Below, one piece after another: positions 1 to 11,284 of a DNA stretch of 64,000 nt. The stretch spans positions 62,001 through 126,000 of the forward strand of contig CBFFRP010000181.1 in assembly GCA_965644295.1 (NCBI GenBank). Reading direction: 5' to 3'. The first letter of the stretch is position 1. Each line of letters begins with the position of its first letter. The notes beneath the pieces are model-generated. The model worked only from the letters and a program-made list of their open reading frames with translations. It was not told where the DNA came from and did no database searches. A program made the position numbers and the translations under genes. The DNA is from Paraphysomonas bandaiensis. Lineage: Eukaryota > Protista > Chrysophyceae.

Positions 1-877
1 ACAAGTCTCTAGACAAGAGTAGTCGGGAAAAAAGTTCATTGTTTTGATAGAAGCCACCTTCAATTCTGTCCAATCAAACGTTAAGTATCCATCGCAGTGC
101 CACATTGCATTATTATACGAAGCAAACATTGCTTCAGACACCCGACCAACAGCAGCAAACGTGAAAACCAAATAGAGATTGTACAATGAATACTTCTTCA
201 CTTCTAAATAAAGTTTATTAGCATACAGTAAATCATAGATATGTGAAGTATGTCCACTTACCGGAGAAATCAGATGCCCGATGTATAATGTATTCACCTA
301 TGCGCTTCATTAGTTCTTTCCCCACTGGACTTGTTTTCTCTGATATACGCACTCCTTGTGCGATACACCGCTTGATAATATGCTTTGATACTGCCGCTCT
401 CACATCTTTGTACCACAGCTCATTGGAGCTGCTTAATAACTCATTTCTTTTAAATCGCTTCGTCAGCGCAGTCTTCGTGTCTGACAAATACTGCCAAGCA
501 GTACCTAGGGTCAAAGGCTTCTTCGTTGTTCCATGGACGGCGTGATCGATCAAAAAGCCACCGAAACATTGAAATAGTTCTACATTTATATCACTGTCTA
601 TGAGTTCCTTATACCTCTTCTTCCCGTCGAACCGCATCTCCAAGTACTTCGCAAACTGAGCTAACGCAGAGGAGTTACGATTTTTGGTTTCCCCATCACC
701 GACTTTTCTAATGCCCCCTGTGGTAGTTGATTCCGTGGTAGTTGATTCCGTGGTAGTTGATTCCGTGGTAGTTGATTCCGTGGTAGTTGATTCCATGCTA
801 CTATGATATGTTCTCGCTGTTATTATGTTCTGTATGTATGATACCATGCTGTGATGAGAGAGCTCCTCCTTCAACAC
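1..877 (-). mobile_element. Crypton-like tyrosine recombinase gene, N-terminal part (runs off the left edge); one intron at 204-261
   Basis: ORF 233-877 splices via GTAAG..TAG (261->204) into an open exon to position 1 reading EVKKYSLYNLYLVFTFAAVGRVSEAMFASYNNAMWHCDGYLTFDWTELKVASIKTMNFFPDYSCLETC. GRxSE plus a downstream K is the tyrosine-recombinase catalytic Arg box. The preceding region (TLGTAWQYLSDTKTAL) resembles the SAM-like core-binding domain. HxxR and Tyr lie outside the window. Confidence 0.7.
720..794 (+). repeat. 15-bp tandem repeat x5 (GTGGTAGTTGATTCC) encoding (ESTTT)5 on the minus strand
   Basis: Perfect tandem copies are directly visible. Confidence 0.95.
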
Positions 878-1810
878 CCACCTCCCTGGATCTATTACTC
901 ACCAGCAACACCATACATACCACTGGTCACTCATCATCACCACTTATATAGTTCCACACCATTATGGTGCGGGCTTGAGTACGGTACCTTCCACATTTTA
1001 CAGAAAACTGTATGCACTGAATATCTATTACAAGCGCAATCTTTACGATCTTTAATGGCCAAATTCAGTTTACATTTTACTCTGTAGAACACAACAATAC
1101 AGCAATATTGATATGAATGCTTTGTTGAATTTTAGTTTTTGTCCAGTTACGAAATGTTTTTATACCATCTGTATGATATGTACTGAACATATTTCTTGAG
1201 TAAAAATATTTTCTGAAAATTGTCACCATCTATGTAGTTCTGTACAATATGGCCCTAACAAATCGTCCAGAAATGTTCCTTCATTAACCAGTTTAGTCCG
1301 GCTCTCATAATCGAGACTGTCCTTTCGCTATAACTGAACATTTCAAAGTTATTATGATCTATAGCGATACCTGTATTAACAGGATATCATCCATCAATAA
1401 GACATAAGTATATATATATATCGGCTGAAGATATCTGTTGCCGTAGAAATACTGTGTTCTTGATATCGTTTGTGTCTTCTGTTATGAGAACTCGAATCAT
1501 TGTAGTCGAATCCTATTACGATGCACGATACATGTGTCCAAAGCAACTTCCGTCATCATCATAGTTCTTTAGGTGAGCTTTTTTTCACCTGTAAATGATC
1601 CCTTATACTTCTGTTCTTTCCGTGTCTCTTCGATTGGATAAATTTAGTGTTTTCTTCATTAATCCAATCACTGTAATCTGCAAATTGCTTTTATCTCACT
1701 ACAATGGTGCATCATTATCTGTTAGGTACGTATTAGTGTAAAGTTGATTCAATTCCAACGCATTTTATCAGGGCCCGATAACAATATATTGCTAGCAAAA
1801 ATTAATAATA

Positions 1811-1930
1811 TATATTGAAAGTCTTATTATTAGCAATAGGCGTTAATTATCTGCACCAGCTTAGAAAACCAGTCAAGCTGTATAGGCATCTCCCATTTAC
1901 CATTAACTAACTCTTATATCCTACTAAATA
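1811..1930 (-). mobile_element. Short 3'-end fragment of the non-LTR retroelement family found at 40075-40995
   Basis: The reverse complement contains TAGTAGGATA ... TTAACGCCTATTGCTAATAATAAGACTTTCAATAT, matching 40869-40997 (TAGTAGGATA ... TTAACGCCTATTGCTAAATAAAAAGACCTTCAATAT). Confidence 0.7.
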
Positions 1931-2021
1931 TATTGCAATATATTGATAATAAAACATTAGCTCGATCGGTAGTTAGTAGAGGTTTTAACATGATGACGAA
2001 AACCCAATAACAATGCAGCAA

Positions 2022-2260
2022 TTAGCACTCTAAGTATTCCAAGTCTTCGCCACTGTCATCCTCATTCTCGTCATGATCGGGCGTTCTATCATTGACTTGC
2101 TGCACTGTCTTTGCGGTCCACAAGTGTTTGTTAAAGCTTTCGAGATGTCGTGGGGTTATTCCTTGTCGCAAGTGTGTCATGATAATCTTGGCTCTGCTGA
2201 ACAAACGCTTTCACAATGTTAGTTGTACTGAATATATGCTGATCGATCGATGCTGGGTGT
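2022..2260 (-). pseudogene. Degenerate hAT transposase C-terminal dimerisation domain
   Basis: With one frameshift it reads STTNIV/RLFSRAKIIMTHLRQGITPRHLE..NKHLWTAKTVQQV followed by an acidic tail, matching the hATC motif S..VERLFS.AK.I.T..R..L.P. No upstream ORF survives. Confidence 0.65.
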
Positions 2261-3573
2261 CAATCTGTCGCCGTAAGAAAAAATGAGATGTGATTATGAA
2301 GAGTATTTTATGATTAATCAAATACATTTTCAAAGACACACAAGAATGAAGAATGTATATCAATATATTGCAATATAGTATTACGAGGCCAAATATTTAT
2401 ATAGTAGGAAGCAAAACGTATTGACCTCTTTTATACAACCAAATTATGTGTTTGTCAAAAAAAATACTTCAAATTATTGTCGTAATTTATCTGAACTACA
2501 ATGTGAAGAATTTGACACTTGAAATAAGCTGATTGAACTCTGTAAATACCACATGCATTTTAATTTTGATAGCTATTTCTCATTAGGCATTGCAGGTTGA
2601 TGCACTTATTGGCTTCGCCAATCAATAACTTACAGTTTTATACTGTTACTACTCTAATCAATATCAAAAATTACTGTCTTAAGTGCTATAACATTCTCCA
2701 ACGCTTGAATTTAAAACTCTAAACTAATTGATCCACTTCAATCAAAACTCACCAATGCATTTAAGCTTGCTTCGATGTGCACAATGCTTTGAAGAGTTGT
2801 AATATTTAAAATTATTTAATATTACGTTATTAGGTGAACATATATTATTCTTTGTGTATATGTGTTTATTAAGATTTTAATAGTTAGTCGTGATATTCTT
2901 TTCGACAACATAGTAAAGTTAAATTGATGTAATAGTTAAAGATTAACAATAAAATACTTCACAACATGAAGACTAAAGCCTAATAATATATAATATAACA
3001 TATAACAGCAAAACACGATTATAAAGAGCATTCGATCCAATTACATAACAACGTACCTTGTACAGGCACATATCTTATGTAGTATGATGATAATTGTTAT
3101 CACATTGTATCTTGTTGTGTTTACTTATGTAGTTATGTATAGTACATATTACATATGTTAAGGGGTATAAAGTGTTTTATATTTTGCAAGTCAATTCCAT
3201 ATCCATGAACGTCTTTCTATTAGGTACATATAAACATAAATTATTGGTAAATACAAATATCCTTATTATTAGGACTTGTGCCACCCACTGTACGCCATTA
3301 ACTTTCTTCATGATATCATATTACAGCACTCAAAGTAATCATTTCGTAGTTAAACGGGGCGCTTTTATTTATTAAACAATTGAGGTTTAGCTCGCCGGAC
3401 ATGATCAAATAAAATATATAAAGTACATTAATTATAATGTTACATTGAAATTTAACACATTGGATATCAGTTCTGACTGTTGATATTACAATATGATAAA
3501 CACCGTTAAGTTGAGAAGCACAAACAAACTGGAACTATATGCTGGGCAACATTCTCAAAGTTTTGGTAATATT

Positions 3574-5163
3574 TTATAGAAATGAAGCAATATGTGAGCA
3601 AAGATCATCGACGTACATAACTTTTATAAATGAAATTGGCGGAGAAACAACGCGATCTCGAGAGAAGCCACACTTGAGGTTCTGGATCCCCTCTGTGTTC
3701 ATTACAACTCGTAGTGAGTGGACAAAGATCGCCATCGACTTCCTTCTCTCCCAATTTATATCACAAATAATTCGATCAAGATCCCACATCTGCAGAGCAG
3801 CTGAATCTGTTCCCCCAGTAGCAATAACTGGACGACAACCAGATCCTGAAACAGCCACACAACATACAGGCGATACATCTTCTAACGTGCGGTATAAACT
3901 TCCAGTTTCCATATCCCACACTCGTACAGTTGCATCTCTCCCACCAGACACAATGATAGGATGTCGCGAGAGGCGATTGTTTTCCCATTTACACATATAT
4001 GGCGTATGCATACGGGCATTGGAGTCAACATAACCACCCAGCAGTGCGATACACTCAACTCCTCCACTGTGACCACCCTGTAACACTCGGAGAAGTTCTC
4101 CTTTATCAAGATCCCACACGCGCACAGTCCAATCCGCAGACGACGAAACCAATCGTCGCTGCAAGTTCTGAAACCCAATAGATTCGCTGCTTGTACTTCT
4201 AACTGGATGACGATCACGATATAGGGACATATATAGGGTACTTTCAGTCGCGCAAGCAGCAGCTCGGCGTTCGGATATGCAGAGCCCACTTATCGGTCCG
4301 AAGTGCCCTTCTAAAGTATAAAGACGTTTGCCGCTGGCTGCATCCCACATAATAATTGTTCCGCACGAACTACCTGACACAATGAAGGTGTCTGAGCCTT
4401 TAGAAATGGCTACAGAAACCACAGCCCATATATGTCCATGTGTATCTGGGTTGTGCTCGAGGGACCTCACAGTTTCACCAGAACATAAGTTCCATAGAAC
4501 AACCCGACCATCTTCACCCCCAGAGACTGCAACAGGCGGGACAGATGAATGGCAGGTACTACAGTTGAGAGTACGAAGACAATGAGTGAGAGGTACTGTG
4601 CACGAGTCACACACAGAGAGCGATTGAACCGACCCCTCGTGGCCATGAAGTACCCAAAGACGGGCCCCTGTAAGTAGATTCCATACGTGAATACCGTCAT
4701 GGCTACCTCCAGAGACAACTAAATTGGAAACAGACACACCAACTGCATATACACGACAGGAGTGGCCTGTATATGTGAGGAGGTGGTCGCCCCTAAGCAT
4801 GTCCCAAACTCTAATAGAAAAGTCCCACGACGCAGAGATTATCTTTGGTTGACGACCAGAAGAAATAGCAACAGCAGACACATGACTACAGTGACCCTTC
4901 AGTGCCTGTGGAGTGGATATGACACACACTTTATTCTGATTTAAATCAGATGTACCAAGAATTGATCCCCACACCACTAACAGCGCCATAGTTAACATAA
5001 GTACATAAACACCACATTCTGGATTGTTTACATAGCTAGCAGGTACAACTTTTCCAAGTAATATCGCTACAGTTCCTACATATACTCCTTGTTTTAAGTA
5101 GGGATAATAGCCGCCTATATTGGCTTCACCTACTTTATATAGCAGGTCCTGCAATTGGTTCAT
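3574..5163 (-). CDS. WD40-repeat protein with N-terminal hydrophobic segments; intronless, 529 aa
   Basis: About 7 GH...WD/WN repeats (e.g. LKGHCSHVSAVAIS...ISASWDFSIRVWD). Two hydrophobic stretches at aa ~25-70. Confidence 0.9.
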   Translation of the reverse strand: MNQLQDLLYKVGEANIGGYYPYLKQGVYVGTVAILLGKVVPASYVNNPECGVYVLMLTMALLVVWGSILGTSDLNQNKVCVISTPQALKGHCSHVSAVAISSGRQPKIISASWDFSIRVWDMLRGDHLLTYTGHSCRVYAVGVSVSNLVVSGGSHDGIHVWNLLTGARLWVLHGHEGSVQSLSVCDSCTVPLTHCLRTLNCSTCHSSVPPVAVSGGEDGRVVLWNLCSGETVRSLEHNPDTHGHIWAVVSVAISKGSDTFIVSGSSCGTIIMWDAASGKRLYTLEGHFGPISGLCISERRAAACATESTLYMSLYRDRHPVRSTSSESIGFQNLQRRLVSSSADWTVRVWDLDKGELLRVLQGGHSGGVECIALLGGYVDSNARMHTPYMCKWENNRLSRHPIIVSGGRDATVRVWDMETGSLYRTLEDVSPVCCVAVSGSGCRPVIATGGTDSAALQMWDLDRIICDINWERRKSMAIFVHSLRVVMNTEGIQNLKCGFSRDRVVSPPISFIKVMYVDDLCSHIASFL

Positions 5164-6020
5164 TTACTGGATAAGATCTTATAATCCAGATAACTGAATG
5201 CTTCTAGAGATATCAGAGATCATATCAATGAATGAGTGAACGAAAGAATAAATATCAAGAGAAGAGAATGTTTATATATAGAGAGAGGGAGGTTGAGAGG
5301 AGTGCGAACTGAATCTGACATGGAACAGATTCACTGTAGTTAAGTATGACATGGACTGACATACGATCATGACACTGACGCTAAAAAAACAGATGGAATA
5401 GAAAAGCATTCAGTATTGTGATGTCCGCTGTATGTCCGGGTTTAGGTTGCGAACTTCATTTCTCTGGTTTTCAGAAATGCCCTACAGAAAATAATGGAAA
5501 AGAGTTACTAAAAATGCCTCTTTTCATAAATACTTGAATTGGTACATTTAGACATTGCTGTACATGCTCCGTGCTGTACAATTGGAATCTACCAATTAAA
5601 ATTTTGGAATGACGTATGCCGATGATGAGGAAAAAAATAACAGTATTTTGTACCTTTTTTTGATGACCAACATTCTACAGGTGTACAGTACTGTACATAC
5701 AATACGTTCTGCTGTATATAAAACCCTGGGTTTTTGGTCTGATCACAAATTCGGGTATACTTTTTTTTAATTTTTGAAAAAAAATCTATCTATCTACGTA
5801 TGAGCGATATACAGCAGTATACTGAGTTTTGCTGCTGTGTATGGCTACAAATGCTTTGGACAACTTTGTGTCTAATATCCCCAATTTATACACCTTGAAA
5901 CCTTGTATTTCTGCACCATCATTTCCGGTCTACTACAAAACAAGGGCAAGTAAAGAAGTCAAAGTCACTTCCTCTGTCCACACTCTGTGCACTTTAAAGT
6001 CCCTGTAATTATATACTAAT

Positions 6021-7765
6021 ATGCCGTTTCATACTTACAAAGATAAAGATTGTCCCATATGTGGGACCATACTTCCTTCAGGTTCAATAGCCACACCAGT
6101 GTGTTTAAATACAGATAATTCTATCCAATCTAAACCTCGTATTGAATGGGTTCATGTTCACTGTATAAGTGATACAGATGAACGAATTCCTATATGTAAA
6201 CATTGGAGAACTAAAGGAACATGTGTATTTCAATATAAATGCCAATTTCGTCATCCATCTGAATATAAAAAAACTAATCCAAGAGCTGAATGTCGACATG
6301 GGACATGGGGTAGAAGACGTGTATATAATGAAGGACGTGCAAGTGCATTACGCCGATGGTTAATTAATGTATTTGGAATTGATTATTTGAGAAGTGGTAG
6401 TGGTATACTTGATGTAGCTGGTGGTAAAGGTGAAGTTTCCTTTGAATTAAGGAACTTAAATGATATCCACTCAACTGTTTTTGACCCACGACCATTAGAT
6501 TTATACAGATATAAGAGGAAACTATATTTTGGATTTTATCATCGTAATGAGGTGTTAAAGAGATTTAATCATCGAGATATGCCTGCTGATGAGTCTGATG
6601 TGTTACTTCCTTCTCATATTAGGGGATATTTTGAGATGTTTGATAGTAGACGATGTGCTGGGAGATATGTACCTGGTCAAGTGGAAACGTCTGCAGAAGA
6701 CGACGAAAGCACACTACCTATGGTGTTGAGGACGGTGGAGGCTTTTGATGATGGTCTGGGATTAGCTAGAAGTACGGCCTGGACCACTAAGGGTCTCGTT
6801 CATGAAGATGAAGTGGCAGATACCGACGAGGGATCGATTTCGTCGGATTTGAGTTCTCTATTAGCGGATTCGATTTCAAATCCTCGTGACGACGCAAGTG
6901 AAAGCGAATCAGTAGGGTGCTCTTCGTGCAGCACAAGCACTACGATGACAAGAACTAGAGCATTTGAGGGGGGCATCGAGATTGATGACCATAGCAAGGC
7001 TCAAGATATAGCCCGTAATTGCTCGGTTGTGGTGGGCATGCATCCCGACCAGGTAATGTTTCGAATAATGTACCAAACCATGCCTAGCTGAGTGTATTCG
7101 TATTCTGATATACATATCTTTCATATGTATTCATGTGTGAATGGTTCAGGCAGCAGAGCACATTATTGACTTCGCACTTGCGAATAACAAGCCATTTGCT
7201 CTTATTCCGTGCTGTGTTTACCATAAGCAGTTTCCATTAAGGTACATGCTACGTACATGCGTGGTCTGTTTATATAATATTATTGTATATGGGTGAATAT
7301 GTAGTGGCGGGTGTTTATAAATGTGTGAGGGAATGTATGTTTTGCAGGAAAATTGAAGGTGGTAGTGGTGGATATGTGAAACGATATGGAGAGCTTATTG
7401 AATATCTTTTGGCCAAGCATCCAGATATTCATGCTCTTGAAATGGACTTTGACGGCAAGAATATAATGCTATACTATCTCGGAGGCAGAAATCCTGTCAG
7501 TGATCCAAGTACAGCTTACACACACATATGCAGAGGAATTGCCCAGCCCGAAATGTGGTGGGCGCTTTCCACTAACCCAAAAAAGCAATTGCGAGCGCAG
7601 TGCAAAACCAAAAGGAATAAATCGAACGGGCGGTTAGATTCTACACCTGATGAAAGGAATAGTGTAGACACTGTGAAATCATGTGGGAAGAAAACAATGA
7701 CTGATAGTAGTGATTGTTTGGTTGACGCTTTTGATTTGTTCGGGTGTTTTGAACACGAAAACTAG
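6021..7765 (+). CDS. CCCH zinc-finger + SAM-dependent methyltransferase-like protein; exons 6021-7052, 7150-7241, 7348-7765
   Basis: CKHWRTKGTCVFQYKCQFRH (C3H1), ILDVAGGKGE (SAM motif I), and spliced VVGMHPDQ|AAEHIIDFALANNKPFALIPCCVY. GT-AG junctions keep the frame. Confidence 0.8.
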
Positions 7766-8143
7766 GGTTGAATGATACGGGCACTTTATGCGAAGCTACT
7801 TAATGTTTTCATGTGTTTCAAATATATATTTTTGTATCTTTCGTTTATTCGCTGTATACTAGTCGTATCAGCTTACATTGAAAAGTAATACGTAGTCAAT
7901 AGTCAAAGGTGGTGCTATATAGCTATAACTGTGAAACTGAAGTATTATATCATGACGATTCAAGATACGGAAGTTGAGCAGTGGTTGACATGAACGAAAT
8001 AATTTATCATGTTGTTGACATGTGTTAAATTACAACACACACAGTTGTGTATACAATTATAATAAAGTAATCTATCTAGTTTGACTAACTTAAACTTCTC
8101 TGACAACGATCTTAATCATCTGAAAATGGTCAATTGTCAATAC

Positions 8144-8935
8144 CAGGCTTGCGTAACCATTAATGGCCATTAATGGCGACGCATTGCTTCCCCCATTTTT
8201 ATGGCCATTAATTTTAAAAATCCCACCATTTTTATGGCCATTAATGGCCATTAATGGACCATTTATGGTTTGATTACTATTGCTTTATCATAAGCAAGAG
8301 ATGGATGAAGTTGCAGATCAACATGACTGAGAACTCTGAGCAAATGGCGATTTAATAAGTATTAAAAATGCAATATTTGTTCATTACATTATATATGCGT
8401 TGCCACCTACACATTGCAAATATGATCGAGCCACTCGTGTTGTAATTTCTTCTCGTTTAAATTAGGGTTTAAACGTCTCCGTTTATTGCTTATTCACTAT
8501 ATACTCACAGTCTTTACATATCTTTACCTTTTTGTATTATGATATATTACATAAAGTTCTTATTGCTTATGCTGACAAGTGGCTGGGCTGTGAATTTAAA
8601 ACTAGAAAAGAAGGTGGTACAATCAATTCATGTTAACATTCACAACATGATTGTGCTGTTATCACATCAATAGAATTTATATGAATTCTTAAAACAGATT
8701 GTTTAAATGACTTAAATACGTATATAATATATTAATAACTAATAATGCACAGGAAGGTCGTGGCTTGTCACGTATTCTTACATGATGCTGACAACTGGAT
8801 ACTAACTAATGGATATTGCCATTAATGGCCATTAATGGGCACTACATCTCTCCCCCATTTTTATGGCCATTAATGAATTGCTTTTTTTCCATTTTATGGG
8901 GGAAGGCCATTACCATTAATGGTTACGCAAGCCTG
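8144..8935. mobile_element. Non-autonomous hAT element (MITE), 792 bp
   Basis: Perfect 23-bp TIRs CAGGCTTGCGTAACCATTAATGG (8144-8166 and 8913-8935). 8-bp TSD GTCAATAC at 8136-8143 and 8936-8943. Subterminal arrays of ATGGCCATTA/CCATTAATGG. Confidence 0.95.
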
Positions 8936-9444
8936 GTCAATACACTTGCTGTACTGTGCAGAAAATTAGTATGATATTGACTGCAGTACACTTTCTTACA
9001 CACTACGTGAAAAACATTAGTGACTAGTTCTAAGTTGACGTTTGTATACTGTAGTAAGAAGAATGTGATTGTAGACGACAGTGCAACGCGGTATGCCTTA
9101 GTCAACGTATCAAAGTTGCAGTGAGTCGCATCAAATATCTCATCAACGATTGCAGGAAAGTAACAACTTATTGAGTTCTTTTCAACAGAATTCAGTTAAC
9201 TTATTTCAATGATAATTTCTCATATATCCAGAAAGTGTATACGGTCCGGGCAAGGTAACATGTTTGAGATTTACTGAATTAATATCAAAAGTAATTATTG
9301 TGTCTGGCTGGCGTGATATATCAAAAACCAAGAAAGCATCGTGAAATTGTGCCTAGGCATGGTAACATCCGCATATTGAGAGTGGAAAGATTACGAGCAA
9401 ACTATATGCTCCATGCATTATCACTTAAAAGCACGTTAGGGGAC

Positions 9445-11166
9445 TCATGCGTCTTCATCATCATCATCCTCTGCTGACTCATCCTCGTCACTATCTCCCT
9501 CCTCATCAGCTTCCTGTAGCCAAACAATGAAGAGCTTCGCAGCTTCTTTCAGATGCTCTAAAGTCTCAAGGGAAATCATGCTCTGCTCTGCACTGTACTC
9601 ATTCCGAGTGAGATCAGTGTGCCAAGCATAAAAAGTTTCCTCTTCAACAATATCTTCATCGTAGAGCTGCTTCAACATCACAGGAAACATGCGTAATAGA
9701 TCAGGATAGCGAGTCCCACAGAACCACTCAGCTGCCTACATATCGTTGGAAGTGAGAGCAGTTAATCAAGTTAAAGTTCGGGCCGTACCGCAATAAGTTG
9801 TCTCTGTTGGATTTCACTACTCTTAGGAGCCAGCAATGTCAAAACATCCTTGTGTTTCTCCACGTCATTATCTGGTATCGAGCTGGAAGTAAATGTCGCT
9901 CCTATGTATATGATGGCTCTATCAGAGGGTCGCAGTGAAGACAGTGTCTGAATGGACCGAAGTTCCTCCACGATGGAAGCAAGATGCTGCTGTTTGGGAA
10001 GAACCACACTAGAAGAGTTCGAAGGGGAGTTGTTATTAAGCCAGAGCTTGAATTGCTCAATGGCTGCATCTGCAGTAATACCATTACAAAAGTAATTGCA
10101 TCAGAGTTACTATATTGATAGAAAACAATGATGAAGTGTTATCGTAATGGAGCCTCCTGGGGAAGGAAAACTGAGAAGCTAATGCTGTCACCCAGACACC
10201 CCCAGGAGGACTATGGTACGATAAATACTGTATGGTCAGATGGGGTTGTCTCATACGTACAAAACCCTGTCATCCCCCGTCATGTAGCCAAATACTGGCC
10301 ACTATGAAGGGGCCCGTCCAATAGATATAGACAGACGTCGGAAGACCGACCAAATATATACTGGTAACAGGGATTCCAATAATATGATATAATAGCAAAG
10401 AATGGCTCGATTTCACTCACCGATACCTTTCCTCAATACCATAGAACATAGCATATAAATACATAACGGCAAAATAGAAGTAGAGCAAAACGTGCCATAA
10501 TGTGGAAAAAATACCTGTAGCTTCACTCTCAGTGTCGACTTCAACATCATCGGCGTCCACTTCAGCTACGTCATCCTTCGATTTTGACTTCTTCTTCGGC
10601 TTCTTCTCTTTCTTCACCTTCGCTGGAGATGACTCACCCTCATCCTTAACATCGCTTTCATCCTTGGACTTCGATTTCTTGTCTTTCTTTTTATCCTTTT
10701 TCGACTCCTTGTCTTTGGTTTCCTTCGCCTTTTTGTGCTGCTTGAGGATGAATGTCGTCAACTTGTGGGTCATGTCACAAGGGTCCTTGGAGCCACATGC
10801 CATACACTTCTGACAGATAATCCCACTTTTAATCTTGTAGTGGGTCTCAGGAAGGCGACAATTCTTACACAAGACAAACGATTCAATATATCGATGCATA
10901 AAATTCTGAAGGTCACCAGTGCTGTGAGCTCCATTGACTATGAATCGATCATCCTCTACACTCATTGTCGTCTGAGCACCAAGTTCACAACCAAAAAACT
11001 TGGTAATCTCTGATGCATCACGATTCAATGCAGTCGCAATATCAGATACATTAACTAACACAGTCTTAATACCATTCCCTCTCCCTTCAACCTTTGGAAC
11101 AATACGAGGCATCTTATACCGATAGGATGGATCATCAACTGCGGTTGTTCCCGCGATATTAATCAT
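9445..11166 (-). CDS. EIF5: Eukaryotic translation initiation factor 5; exons approx. 11166-10515, 10069-9789, 9735-9445
   Basis: N-terminus DDPSYRYKMP...VEGRGNGIKT (GAP Arg), Zn ribbon CKNC...CMAC, Lys-rich boxes, and a C-terminal W2 domain (LYDEDIVEEE...FIVWLQEADEE). Confidence 0.97.
10134..10372 (-). ncRNA. Putative intronic box H/ACA snoRNA in eIF5 intron 1
   Basis: The 445-nt intron has a GC-rich folded core. In transcript sense: H box ACAGTA (10231-10226), lower stem TATCGTA/TACGATA, pocket CCATAGT/CTCCAT, 10-bp upper stem CCTCCTGGGG/CCCCAGGAGG, then ACA (10139-10137) plus 3 nt. The pocket is complementary to LSU helix 69 GGAG-UA-ACUAUG. Confidence 0.7.
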
Positions 11167-11167
11167 G

Positions 11168-11284
11168 TTAACTTTCTTTTATAATAGGATATAATGTACA
11201 ACAACCAAGCCGTCTCCGTGTACGACTTTTAGATATGAGTTCTCGGAATCCTCGTGTGATTTTGCAATGTATACAATGTTGCAT
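11168..11284 (-). promoter_or_regulatory. 38-codon uORF with poor-context AUG in the eIF5 leader
   Basis: TAT-ATG-C (-3 T, +4 C) opens MQHCIHCKITRGFRELISKSRTRRRLGCCTLYPIIKES*. It is out of frame and stops 1 nt before the eIF5 ATG (AAC-ATG-A). Requires a TSS upstream of 11284. Confidence 0.55.

Noticed and set aside
720-794. Short direct-repeat array as a possible CRISPR
   Set aside because: There are no spacers; it is a perfect coding 15-bp tandem repeat in a eukaryotic gene.
3539-4033. Antisense and alternative-frame ORFs (e.g. 3539-4033, 10502-10813, 18661-19137, 31305-31826, 43114-43632, 56037-56601)
   Set aside because: They are shadows of well-supported genes or of low-complexity repeats and have no motifs of their own.
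5438-5447. GGGTTTAGG telomere-like motif
   Set aside because: Only about one unit; not an array.
8155-8270. Regularly spaced ATGGCCATTAAT repeats as a CRISPR-like array
   Set aside because: Fully explained as subterminal repeats of the hAT MITE (TIRs plus 8-bp TSD).
10134-10372. Intronic RNA as telomerase RNA or U17/snR30
   Set aside because: No telomeric template and no m1/m2 (AUAUUCCUA/AAACCAU) motifs are visible. A guide H/ACA RNA fits better.
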